From Candidatus Undinarchaeota archaeon (GTDB lineage Archaea; SpSt-1190; JASMDC01), in the NCBI GenBank assembly GCA_964519305.1, contig CAZFHY010000027.1, positions 1-30,754 on the forward strand: DNA of 30,754 bases, in the 5' to 3' direction. The first letter of the stretch is position 1. Each line of letters starts with the position of its first letter. A program made the translations under genes and the position numbers. Positions 1 through 7,914 of the stretch are shown here, in pieces. A model generated the notes under the pieces. That model was not told where the DNA came from. It searched no databases and saw only the letters and a program-made list of their open reading frames with translations.

Positions 1-32
1 TCCCGACCGGCGCACCAAATTCTAAATGCTGC

Positions 33-1394
33 TTACTCATCGATCAGCCGTTCGAGTGGCCTTATCATTTCTTTTTTCGTGCGCCTCTTGAACTCTTTCT
101 TGAACGCCGGTATCCACGTAAAGCCGGTCATGACGGTGTTGAGGAGGCGGGTACTGTACTCATGCTGGGGGAAATCGTAGAAACCGTGCTTCTTGTAGAA
201 AGCATGATCGGCCTGGAACACGAACCTGCTGTTGTATATGAAGTCGCGGAATAGCTTGTCACCACCCACTCCAAGGAACGTGCGTGTCCCGCTGTAACCG
301 GAGTCAGAATACCTGATGAGGCGCTCAGCGAGGGACAGGATCAGAGCGTCAACAGTCTTTGCGTCACCGGACTCATCGGTCACGATGTCCACTAGGTTAA
401 CCCTCCCCAGTTCGGCCTCGCCTTCCAACGTAGCTCTAAGAGTGGGGAGCTGACCCAGCGGACCCGCAACGATCCAACCGAACTGCTTGCCCATAAGGGC
501 CGGGATGTGCGTGTGGAAGAACGAGCGGTCGAAGACCTTCTTCCATTGGGAGGAGAGGTGGCGGTCGGTCACCTTCCCCGCGAATACTACGACATCCGCT
601 GTCCGGACCTTCTCGTTGTAGAAATCCGGGAAGCCGTCCTTCTGGGCACACTCGTTGTCCAGACCGCAGTTGCAGCATCCGAGGCAGCCGTTCTTCAGTG
701 GGATATCGTTGATGTCGTGGACCTCTACCGTTCTAGCAAGGCTCTTCGTGAAACGCTCCACCATCCGGCCCAGGTTCCCCTCTACACCGTCGGTGAGCAC
801 GACTATGCGCTTGCCCTTAGTATCGATGGTCTGGGTGACGGCGCCGGGTAGATAGTCCCAGGGGACGGTGTTCACGGGTGGGTTCGCCCGTGATGTGATC
901 CTCTTGTGTTCGATGGCGTCGAAGAGGTCCTCTGTGAACAGCACGAGCTGGTCGCGTCCCTTCTCTTCTAGCAGATCGCTCATCTCGGCCGAATGGAAGC
1001 CGACGTACCGCATCCCAAGATCGTCACAGATGGCGTGCATGTAGGCGTGAGCGGTATGGTCGAAGAAGTGTATGGACGTGGTCAGCACAGCAGCGTGGAT
1101 GTCACTGAACGCCTCCACTACATCCCGCTCGAACACCAGCTCGATGAACCGCTTGTATTGGGATGGGACCAGCATATGATATAGGGGAAATGCCCACAGT
1201 ACCACATCGGACGAACTGACGTCGTCGATCACCTCCTTGAACGATGCATCGTCACGCTCCAGCTTCTTGATGCGATGGGATATATCATGCACCACGTACT
1301 CGTGCCCGGGGAAGCGCTTGCGGATATAGCGGACGTACTGCATTGTTACGGAGATATCGCCCTTGGGGCTCCCGTTGAGGACCGTGACCTTCAT
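33..1394 (-). CDS. Two-domain flavodoxin-like protein (NADPH-dependent FMN reductase / iron-sulfur flavoprotein family)
   Basis: N-terminal flavodoxin loop VLNGSPKG and AFPLYH. The second flavodoxin-like domain carries the ISF-type Cys motif CLGCCNCGLDNEC. TATA box 23-30 nt upstream. Confidence 0.85.
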   Translation of the reverse strand: MKVTVLNGSPKGDISVTMQYVRYIRKRFPGHEYVVHDISHRIKKLERDDASFKEVIDDVSSSDVVLWAFPLYHMLVPSQYKRFIELVFERDVVEAFSDIHAAVLTTSIHFFDHTAHAYMHAICDDLGMRYVGFHSAEMSDLLEEKGRDQLVLFTEDLFDAIEHKRITSRANPPVNTVPWDYLPGAVTQTIDTKGKRIVVLTDGVEGNLGRMVERFTKSLARTVEVHDINDIPLKNGCLGCCNCGLDNECAQKDGFPDFYNEKVRTADVVVFAGKVTDRHLSSQWKKVFDRSFFHTHIPALMGKQFGWIVAGPLGQLPTLRATLEGEAELGRVNLVDIVTDESGDAKTVDALILSLAERLIRYSDSGYSGTRTFLGVGGDKLFRDFIYNSRFVFQADHAFYKKHGFYDFPQHEYSTRLLNTVMTGFTWIPAFKKEFKRRTKKEMIRPLERLIDE

Positions 1395-1416
1395 GGTCTC
1401 AGAAAGGCAGGTGGAT

Positions 1417-1424
1417 TATTTAAA
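1417..1424 (-). promoter_or_regulatory. Archaeal TATA box (TTTAAATA) for the flavoprotein gene, probably leaderless
   Basis: Minus strand reads TTTAAATA 23-30 nt upstream of the ATG at 1394, in otherwise GC-rich DNA. Confidence 0.6.
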
Positions 1425-1462
1425 CCTGTCAACCCGCGCACTACCTCTTGTGGGCTTGTGGC

Positions 1463-3451
1463 CTACAGCTCATCGACGTCCTCGTCGGATGGCTCCTTTT
1501 CGCGCTTCTTCCCTTCCCGCCCCTCATCGGACACGACAATTGGTGTGAACTCCATCCGCTGGAGATGGTTGAGCATGACGATCAGCCAGATGAAGACTAC
1601 CAGGACCCCCAGCCCGAGGATTCCTCGCCAGGCCAGTCTGTCCTCCACGTGGACCACATCCTCCTCGACGATGCCGGGGCTCGACCACGAGCTGTCGCGA
1701 CGTTTTCTGAACGCGGACTCGCGCTCCCGCACAGCAAAGCTGAGCGAGCTCGATGTCGTGGCGAGGCTCGCCCCCTGCGGGTCCGTACACCATGCAGTGA
1801 ACGTGCCGCTGAAGCGTAGCGATCCGGGAGCTGCTCCCTGCCATGTGGACTTGATGTCCTCCGGTACCACGACGTTGAACTCCATGACGCGGGAATAGGG
1901 CGTATCAGGACCGAGCTGACGACTAAGGGACAGGTGCCCGTTACCTACCACAGGGATAGGGCCTGACCAGCTTACCGACAGCGTACAATCGTGAGCGGGA
2001 GTTGGAGCTATGTTAGTGAGCGTGATGTCGACACGGAAGGGTTCGCCGTCGATGACGTCACTTGCCGCAATGATATCGAGCTCGAGCTCGGGCGGGACCG
2101 GTCGGGATATGGTGATGTAGAAATCATCCCATCCACCGTCCTTCTTGGCACTGTACTGCCGTCCGAATCCGTCCATGCATTCCACGTCGAAAAAGACGGG
2201 TATCCCTTCAAGGGTGTCCCGAGCGTCAGGGCTGATGGCCAGGACGTACATGACCTCCTCGACCTCTTCAGGTGCGAGCCTCTCGAAAAACACTCTGTCG
2301 CTGACCAGGTCCATCCCGACCTCCTGCCCCTCGAAGGGAGATACGATCTGGAAGATTTCGTGGGCGGCCGTACCGCGGAAGGCTGGGACGGCTATCAGCG
2401 CCTCGCAGCTGTGAGCATAGCCTCTGCCCACGTTCTTGATGAGTACCGGTATCTCGAGCTCTTCACCAGGGATGCCGTTATAATGGGGTTCATTGTCCCT
2501 CTCCATGGCACCGATCAGCCGTACATGGACATCGGATCGCTCACCGGCCCTTATGATAATGGGTGCCAGACCATCGGCCTTGATCTGGGAAGAATAGCTG
2601 CGTCTGAGAAGGAGGTCCGTGTATTCGGTTATGTAGGTGACGTTGATCCGGAAATCGCATGTCCCGCAATAATCGGGATCGTCACAGATGAACCGTTCGT
2701 CCATCCTGATCGTGTAGGGGATGATCGGGTTGTCCTCGGATACGATGCGCGCTCCCTTGCGCTGTGGACGGAACCGCCATTCGGTCGCATCGCATGGCCG
2801 GTCGGTCAGGTCGCAGAAGAGCAGCTGGCCTTCACACTCGGGTGTGAGGAGCTCGAACGTCGCCGAGACCTCCTCGATCCGCTCAATCGCTCTTCCGCGG
2901 TTCACGACCAGTAGGCCGAAGTTCTTTGCATCACCGCCCACTAGGAGCTCGACTTCCGGGAGGACCACGTCGATGCTCTCCTCCACTCTCAGCATGAGGA
3001 CCTTGGAATCGACGATGGCCCAGGATCCGTCCGGATTCAATCCGCGGACACCAATGTTGATGCGGTATGTCCCCGGTTCGCACTGCTCATCGGGCTCGAT
3101 ACCGAAATAGTACTCCGTAGGGTGGTCGTACACAACGTCCACAGCCCATGTTTCCAGGTCCGTGTCCACCTCGCCATGGTGGAAGGGATGGGTGTACATG
3201 GCCCGGTCGAGAAGGAGGCTCTGCCAGTCCATTGGTCCCGACAGATGGAGGTCCTCGCTCTCCACGGTGATGAGCAGGGACGTCCGTACGCTATCGTCCC
3301 GATCCAGGTTCCTGATGGTGACCTTAAAGTAGGAGGTCATGCCGGTATATGCCTTACCGCTACCGATCTTGTCCCAGTTCGCGTCCACCGATACCTGGGC
3401 AGTTGCTAGTAATGACAGCACGATGAGCACGGCAACGGTCGTCCTCGCCAT
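1463..3451 (-). CDS. Membrane-anchored surface protein with tandem Ig-like domains (COG1361 / CARDB-like S-layer-associated)
   Basis: Signal peptide MARTTVAVLIVLSLLATAQVSVDA. Repeated beta-sandwich motifs (LLVVNRG, VLIKNVGRGYA, ITLTNIAPTPA). C-terminal TM helix GILGLGVLVVFIWLIVML followed by a charged tail. Confidence 0.7.
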   Translation of the reverse strand: MARTTVAVLIVLSLLATAQVSVDANWDKIGSGKAYTGMTSYFKVTIRNLDRDDSVRTSLLITVESEDLHLSGPMDWQSLLLDRAMYTHPFHHGEVDTDLETWAVDVVYDHPTEYYFGIEPDEQCEPGTYRINIGVRGLNPDGSWAIVDSKVLMLRVEESIDVVLPEVELLVGGDAKNFGLLVVNRGRAIERIEEVSATFELLTPECEGQLLFCDLTDRPCDATEWRFRPQRKGARIVSEDNPIIPYTIRMDERFICDDPDYCGTCDFRINVTYITEYTDLLLRRSYSSQIKADGLAPIIIRAGERSDVHVRLIGAMERDNEPHYNGIPGEELEIPVLIKNVGRGYAHSCEALIAVPAFRGTAAHEIFQIVSPFEGQEVGMDLVSDRVFFERLAPEEVEEVMYVLAISPDARDTLEGIPVFFDVECMDGFGRQYSAKKDGGWDDFYITISRPVPPELELDIIAASDVIDGEPFRVDITLTNIAPTPAHDCTLSVSWSGPIPVVGNGHLSLSRQLGPDTPYSRVMEFNVVVPEDIKSTWQGAAPGSLRFSGTFTAWCTDPQGASLATTSSSLSFAVRERESAFRKRRDSSWSSPGIVEEDVVHVEDRLAWRGILGLGVLVVFIWLIVMLNHLQRMEFTPIVVSDEGREGKKREKEPSDEDVDEL

Positions 3452-3521
3452 CGTTCCCCTAATGGTTAATCAGTCCTAGGATATAAAATGTCCGCAGCTC
3501 TGACTGGACTGCGAGGTTATC

Positions 3522-3545
3522 GGGGGAGGTCCAAAGACCTCCCCC
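3522..3545 (-). terminator. Perfect 10-bp GC-rich hairpin immediately 3' of the tRNA (possible terminator or processing signal)
   Basis: Minus strand GGGGGAGGTC-TTTG-GACCTCCCCC, starting 1 nt after the tRNA discriminator base. No U-tract follows. Confidence 0.4.
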
Positions 3546-3546
3546 A

Positions 3547-3648
3547 TGGGCCCGAGGGGGCTTGAACCCCTGACCTCCGGCTGTCCTAGGCTGTGTATGA
3601 GCACAGGCCATATAAGACCGGCGCTCTAACCGGCTGAGCTACGAGCCC
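3547..3648 (-). tRNA. tRNA-Ile(UAU) with a 28-nt intron at canonical position 37/38 (intron 3583-3610); CCA not encoded
   Basis: Acceptor stem GGGCTCG/CGGGCCC plus discriminator A. D arm GCTC/GAGC. Anticodon stem CCGGT/GCCGG with loop CT-TAT-A^A. T arm AGGGG-TTCAAGC-CCCCT. The intron forms a bulge-helix-bulge motif. Confidence 0.93.
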
Positions 3649-3714
3649 GAACCACCGCCCTCACGCCTCGGGAAGGCGTCCTATGGGCAGCATCGCTGGC
3701 TGAGTGCTCCCAAG

Positions 3715-3721
3715 ATTTAAA
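3715..3721 (-). promoter_or_regulatory. Candidate TATA box (TTTAAAT) for the tRNA gene
   Basis: The only AT-rich box between the lpdA stop and the tRNA 5' end. It would imply a leader of roughly 40 nt. Confidence 0.45.
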
Positions 3722-3728
3722 GGTATTG

Positions 3729-5132
3729 TCACCGCTTCGCGGCGGCCTTGTGCAGCGCTCTTCCCTGGGCGTCATCCACAGCCTCCTTCACGACCTCGCC
3801 GAGGGTGGGATGAGGGAACACGACATCGGAGACCAGCTCCACGTCCACACCCGTGACGGCGGGGACGAGCAGCGACGGGATGAGCGACGATGCATCCGGG
3901 CCCACGATAGTGGCTCCGAGGATGCATCCGCCCTCACCGACGAGGACCTTGACGAAACCTTCCGACTCTCCTGAACACAGGGCTTTACCGTTGGCAGCGA
4001 ACGAGAACCTTCCGGTCTGGAAGGCGATGTTCTCTGCCTTGAGCTCCTCCTCTGTCCTACCGAACACGGCGATCTCCGGGCTAGTGAACACAACTGATGG
4101 GATGAGCGCGTCGGTAGCGTCCACCATTTCATCAGGATGGAGGATGTTGTGGACGGCCACTTCCCCTTCCCAGCTGGCCTTGTGGGCGAGCATGAGGCCT
4201 CCCACGACATCGCCCACGGCGAATATGTGGTCATTAGCTGTCCTAAGGAACCTGTCCACGACGATGCTGCCTTTATCGAGCTCCACGCCGGCCTCTTCCA
4301 GACCGATGTCCTTGGTGTTGCAGGACCGGCCCACGCACACGAGGGTCCGTTCCGAGCGGACCTCCTCGCCGGACTCGAGAGTCGTCACGGTATCGGCCCC
4401 GTCAACGCTCACGCCGGTCACGCAGACCTTGGTAAGGATGGTGACGCTCTTGGACTTCAGGCTCCGCTTGACCAGGTTCGCGGCCCTCTTGTCCATGCCG
4501 GGGAGCAGGGTGGGCATCAGCTCGACGATGGTCACTTCGCATCCCAGGTCGGCGAGGATCGAGGCCCACTCGCATCCGATGACACCCCCGCCGATGATGG
4601 TGAGGCTCGCTGGCAGCTCGGTGAGCTTCAGAAGGTCGTCCGAGAAAAGGATACGTTCGTGGTCCGGAGTGATGAAGGGCAGGCAGGCGGCGTGTGAGCC
4701 CGTGGCGATTATGAGATCGCTCGCATCGAGCTTCTGCGTTCCGCCGTCGGCGAGCGACACGTCCACCGCGGCACCCCCGTCGACGATCCTTGCTCGGCCT
4801 GAGATTACAGTGATACCGTTCGCCGCAATGAGCTTCTCCAGTGCGGCAAGGTTCGCTTCGACAACCCGGTCCTTCCGTGAGGCCATCGTAGCGTAAGAGA
4901 ACGACGGGTCCTGGACCGATATGCCGTGCTCTTCGAGTTTGTTGAGTGAGGCGAAGCGCGAGCTCGAGGCGATCAGTGCCTTGGTCGGTATACAGCCGCG
5001 GTTCAGGCATGTACCCCCGAGCCCTTCCTCCTCCACGATGGCGATGGAAAGGCCCTGGTGTGCAGCCCTGATGGCAGCCGCGTACCCGCCGGGGCCGCCG
5101 CCGATGACCACGATATCGTACCGCTCGGACAT
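3729..5132 (-). CDS. lpdA: Dihydrolipoamide dehydrogenase
   Basis: FAD motif VIGGGPGGYAAAIRAA, redox disulfide GGTCLNRGCIPTK, NAD motif IIGGGVIGCE, LAHKA, and C-terminal HPTLGE. Confidence 0.95.
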   Translation of the reverse strand: MSERYDIVVIGGGPGGYAAAIRAAHQGLSIAIVEEEGLGGTCLNRGCIPTKALIASSSRFASLNKLEEHGISVQDPSFSYATMASRKDRVVEANLAALEKLIAANGITVISGRARIVDGGAAVDVSLADGGTQKLDASDLIIATGSHAACLPFITPDHERILFSDDLLKLTELPASLTIIGGGVIGCEWASILADLGCEVTIVELMPTLLPGMDKRAANLVKRSLKSKSVTILTKVCVTGVSVDGADTVTTLESGEEVRSERTLVCVGRSCNTKDIGLEEAGVELDKGSIVVDRFLRTANDHIFAVGDVVGGLMLAHKASWEGEVAVHNILHPDEMVDATDALIPSVVFTSPEIAVFGRTEEELKAENIAFQTGRFSFAANGKALCSGESEGFVKVLVGEGGCILGATIVGPDASSLIPSLLVPAVTGVDVELVSDVVFPHPTLGEVVKEAVDDAQGRALHKAAAKR

Positions 5133-5185
5133 GACTGCAGCCTTCCCGGGCCAGGCTTAAGTAATTAATGGGGCGGTCACGCCCT

Positions 5186-5773
5186 TCAGCAGGCAGTCAG
5201 GCAGGACGTGTGCTCACCACAACATTCAGCACACCCGACCTCGATCGAGCCGACCTGTCCCTTTGGTGGTCTGACCTCGAACGTCACGGCCGAATCCGTG
5301 GAGCCCCCTACTTGTTCACAGGTGACGTTGAGAGGGATGTCCATCATACCGTCCCGCTTACCGAGGTCCACTGTATGGTCGAGGCGATAGCCAGTGCCGT
5401 TGTCCAGCGGCACACCGCCCATGTAGACCTTGAGCTTGTCATAATGGCCCCGCTTGATGTCGTGTTCTCCGGTGTTCTTTATCTTGAGCACGAGCCTGAG
5501 GCTCGCGTCATCGGGCGAACAGCCGGCCGCGCAGTAGGGATTGGCACGAGGGCCTGTCACGTCCACGGAACCATAGACTGTGATCACTTCAATACGGGTC
5601 TCCAGGGCCTGTTTTTCTCCGCTGAAGCTCTTCCAGAACGAACGTAGACCCTCCCCGACCGTCTCGATAAGGTCACCGCCCACATACGTCGTGACTATGA
5701 GCCCGATGACGAGGACGAGCACGAGGATGACCGGTTGGTTCTGACCCCTTCTACCGTACGGAACGAAATGCAC
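5186..5773 (-). CDS. Archaeal type IV pilin/archaellin-like protein with class III signal peptide and Cys-rich C-terminal tail
   Basis: GRRG/QNQPVILVLVLVIGLIVTTYVGG fits a prepilin-peptidase site plus hydrophobic helix. LVLKIKNTG beta-sandwich motif. Tail GCAECCGEHTSCLTAC. GTG start with GGAGAG SD and a TATTTAT box at 5808-5814. Confidence 0.65.
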   Translation of the reverse strand: MHFVPYGRRGQNQPVILVLVLVIGLIVTTYVGGDLIETVGEGLRSFWKSFSGEKQALETRIEVITVYGSVDVTGPRANPYCAAGCSPDDASLRLVLKIKNTGEHDIKRGHYDKLKVYMGGVPLDNGTGYRLDHTVDLGKRDGMMDIPLNVTCEQVGGSTDSAVTFEVRPPKGQVGSIEVGCAECCGEHTSCLTAC

Positions 5774-5836
5774 GACGCTCTCCTATCAGGATAGAGCCCG
5801 TGCTCGGATAAATACCTGTCGGCCGGAGCGTTTCAC

Positions 5837-6292
5837 CTAGAACAGGAAGTACTGGGAGTGGAGCTCCATTGGTCCCATGCTGAACGTCATATCAAGACCT
5901 GAGACCTGCGGGAGATCGCGGATGGCCTGCACGATGTTGTTCAGGTGAGCGAAGCTCTTCGCGGCCCCGATGGCCATCACGTCGTGAGGTCCTACCGTCT
6001 GAGTTGCTAGTATGATCGATGGGATCTTGATGATCTTGTCCAGTAGCTGCTCTTGGGAGCCCGGTCGCACGGTGACGCCGAAGAACACGATGACCTCGTA
6101 CCCCAGCTTCTCGGGCCGGATGACCGCAGTCGATCCGCGGACGATCCCAAGGCGCTGTAGCTTGCGGAAGCGGTTGCGGATGGTATCGACCGACGTTCCC
6201 AGCTCTTTGGCGATGACCGAGAACGGCGTTCGTGCATCGTTCTCGAGCCGCATGATGATCCCGTGATCGATCTCGTCCATGTCGCCCGCCAT
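5837..6292 (-). CDS. Lrp/AsnC family transcriptional regulator
   Basis: DEIDHGIIMRLENDARTPFSVIAKELG HTH and RAM domain with TVGPHD. TGATG overlap with the upstream gene and a GGTGAGG SD. Confidence 0.92.
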   Translation of the reverse strand: MAGDMDEIDHGIIMRLENDARTPFSVIAKELGTSVDTIRNRFRKLQRLGIVRGSTAVIRPEKLGYEVIVFFGVTVRPGSQEQLLDKIIKIPSIILATQTVGPHDVMAIGAAKSFAHLNNIVQAIRDLPQVSGLDMTFSMGPMELHSQYFLF

Positions 6293-6783
6293 CAGACCTC
6301 ACCTACCTTCTTTTCCCAGCGGTCACCCTCGATATCGAATTCCAGGTTGTTCTTGCAGAGCCGGTGATCACCCACGAAGATGCTGATGTGCAGGTCCTTG
6401 ATCGAGGGGATCTCCCGGATGCGCTCCTGGACGCTCCCCAGATGGTCGATCGAGTCCATGACGACGATACCGATGATGTCGTGAGAACCGAAGCTACGGC
6501 TGCAGAAGAGCACACCGGGGACGCGCTGTAGCTGCTCCAGAGATGAGTCGGTCGCAGGTCTCCCCACGGATATGCCGAAGATGGCGATGCAGTCCTGACC
6601 GAACCGACGGGGGTCCTTGATGATCGTGGTCTTGCGGACCAGACCGTCGCGGACCATGCGTTTGAAACGTTTGCTCACCGTATCGGTGGTCGTGCCGCAG
6701 GCCTTGGCGATCGCATTGAAAGAGGTCCGTGCGTCATTCTGAAGGTGACGCAGGATAGATACGTCAAGGCTGTCGATCTTCAT
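6292..6783 (-). CDS. Lrp/AsnC family transcriptional regulator (start re-called at ATG 6783)
   Basis: MKIDSLDVSILRHLQNDARTSFNAIAKACG HTH and RAM domain with SFGSHD. The ORF-track extension to 7200 overlaps the divergent gene and is not credible. Confidence 0.9.
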   Translation of the reverse strand: MKIDSLDVSILRHLQNDARTSFNAIAKACGTTTDTVSKRFKRMVRDGLVRKTTIIKDPRRFGQDCIAIFGISVGRPATDSSLEQLQRVPGVLFCSRSFGSHDIIGIVVMDSIDHLGSVQERIREIPSIKDLHISIFVGDHRLCKNNLEFDIEGDRWEKKVGEV

Positions 6784-6816
6784 GGGCGCATCACGAGCTT
6801 TCTTCCGAGGATGGCC

Positions 6817-6898
6817 AATAAAAACCTTATGCTTTCTACTCAGGGATGACAATACATCGTATCTGTCAGGCGGGATGTCGGGGCAAATACTCTTAAAA
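6817..6898. promoter_or_regulatory. Divergent promoter region between the Lrp pair and the AIR-synthase-like gene
   Basis: Minus-strand TTTTTATT at 6817-6824, and plus-strand CTTAAAA at 6892-6898 ending 21 nt before ATG 6920. Confidence 0.5.
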
Positions 6899-6919
6899 CC
6901 GAACGGGACCTCCCTTTGT

Positions 6920-7888
6920 ATGGACGTCCATGCCCTCGCAAGGGCAGTCAGGGAGCACCGGGGTTTCGTTCGGAAATCGCCCTTGGGCGAAGCCTGCAAG
7001 ACCCTTGGCGTCCCTTCCTCGAGCTGGGGCGAGGATGCGGCAGTCATCGATCGCGGCGGCGATGAGCTACTGCTCCTTGCTGCGGACGGTATAATCGCCG
7101 ATCTAGTGGAGGCCGATCCGCGGTTCGCAGGAAGGTGCGCAGTGCTCGTGAACGTCAACGACGTCGTAGCTATGGGGGGGACACCCCTCGCTATCGTCAA
7201 CGTCGTGTCAGCGCACGATCACGACCTTCCCAGCGTGCTCGAAGGGCTCAACGAGGGTGCAGCGCTGCTAGGCGTCCCGGTCGTCGGTGGGCACATCCAT
7301 CCCGACGCACCACGGACAGGAGTGAGCGCGACGGCGCTCGGGACAGTGCCCCGTGACGCCCTTCTCACTTCGAGTGGCGGTTCCCCCGGTGACGCCATCG
7401 TGGTCGCGGTGGACCTCGCGGGAGAGGCGCATCCGCGTTGGCCGCTAGCGTGGCGTCCTCCCGATAATGAGGGACCGGAACGGTACCGTAAGGCACATGA
7501 TGCTGTACGGGCAGTGGCCGCGACCCACTTGGCGACGGCGGGCAAGGACGCAAGCAATCCGGGGATAATCGGTACGATCGGGATGCTTTTAGAGACCAGT
7601 TCCGTGGGCGGTATCGTCCACGCCGACCGCATTCCCTGCCCCGAAGGACTCCCCGTGGACCGTTGGTCGCTTGTATACCCCGCACGGGGGTTCGTGTTCA
7701 CTACGGACAGGCCGGAGGCGCTTATCAGGGAGTTGGACGGGCCGTTCACGTCAGCAGTGGTCGGTGAGACCGACGGGTCCGGCGTGCTGCGAGTCGGGCT
7801 CGGTAACGAAGAGGCGCCGGTGGTCGACCTGAAGCGCGGGGGAGTGGCCGGGATGTGGCCCCGGCCGGTCAGTGGCAAAGACTCTTAA
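6920..7888 (+). CDS. AIR synthase (PurM/SelD)-related protein, methanogenesis marker 2 / sll0787-like (start re-called at ATG 6920)
   Basis: WGEDAAVID, LLLAADGI, GRCAVLVNVNDVVAMGGTP, VVGGHIHPD and GKDASNPGIIGT are motifs typical of this subfamily. Confidence 0.82.
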   Translation: MDVHALARAVREHRGFVRKSPLGEACKTLGVPSSSWGEDAAVIDRGGDELLLLAADGIIADLVEADPRFAGRCAVLVNVNDVVAMGGTPLAIVNVVSAHDHDLPSVLEGLNEGAALLGVPVVGGHIHPDAPRTGVSATALGTVPRDALLTSSGGSPGDAIVVAVDLAGEAHPRWPLAWRPPDNEGPERYRKAHDAVRAVAATHLATAGKDASNPGIIGTIGMLLETSSVGGIVHADRIPCPEGLPVDRWSLVYPARGFVFTTDRPEALIRELDGPFTSAVVGETDGSGVLRVGLGNEEAPVVDLKRGGVAGMWPRPVSGKDS

Positions 7889-7914
7889 TTCTGCTCCTCT
7901 CCAAGAGAGACAGT

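Noticed and set aside
1991-4896. Long plus-strand ORFs (1991-2914, 3853-4896) and similar antisense ORFs elsewhere (18720-19646, 27050-27961)
   Set aside because: These are shadow frames opposite well-supported genes, as expected in high-GC DNA.
5837-6783. Tandem Lrp-like genes as siroheme decarboxylase AhbA/AhbB
   Set aside because: Both lack the HxYxR motif and have ordinary Lrp GxxD RAM motifs. No heme biosynthesis genes are nearby.
6782-7200. ORF-track N-terminal extensions of the Lrp gene (to 7200) and the AIR-synthase-like gene (from 6782)
   Set aside because: They overlap head-to-head and cover the TATA boxes. Family homology starts at 6783 and 6920.
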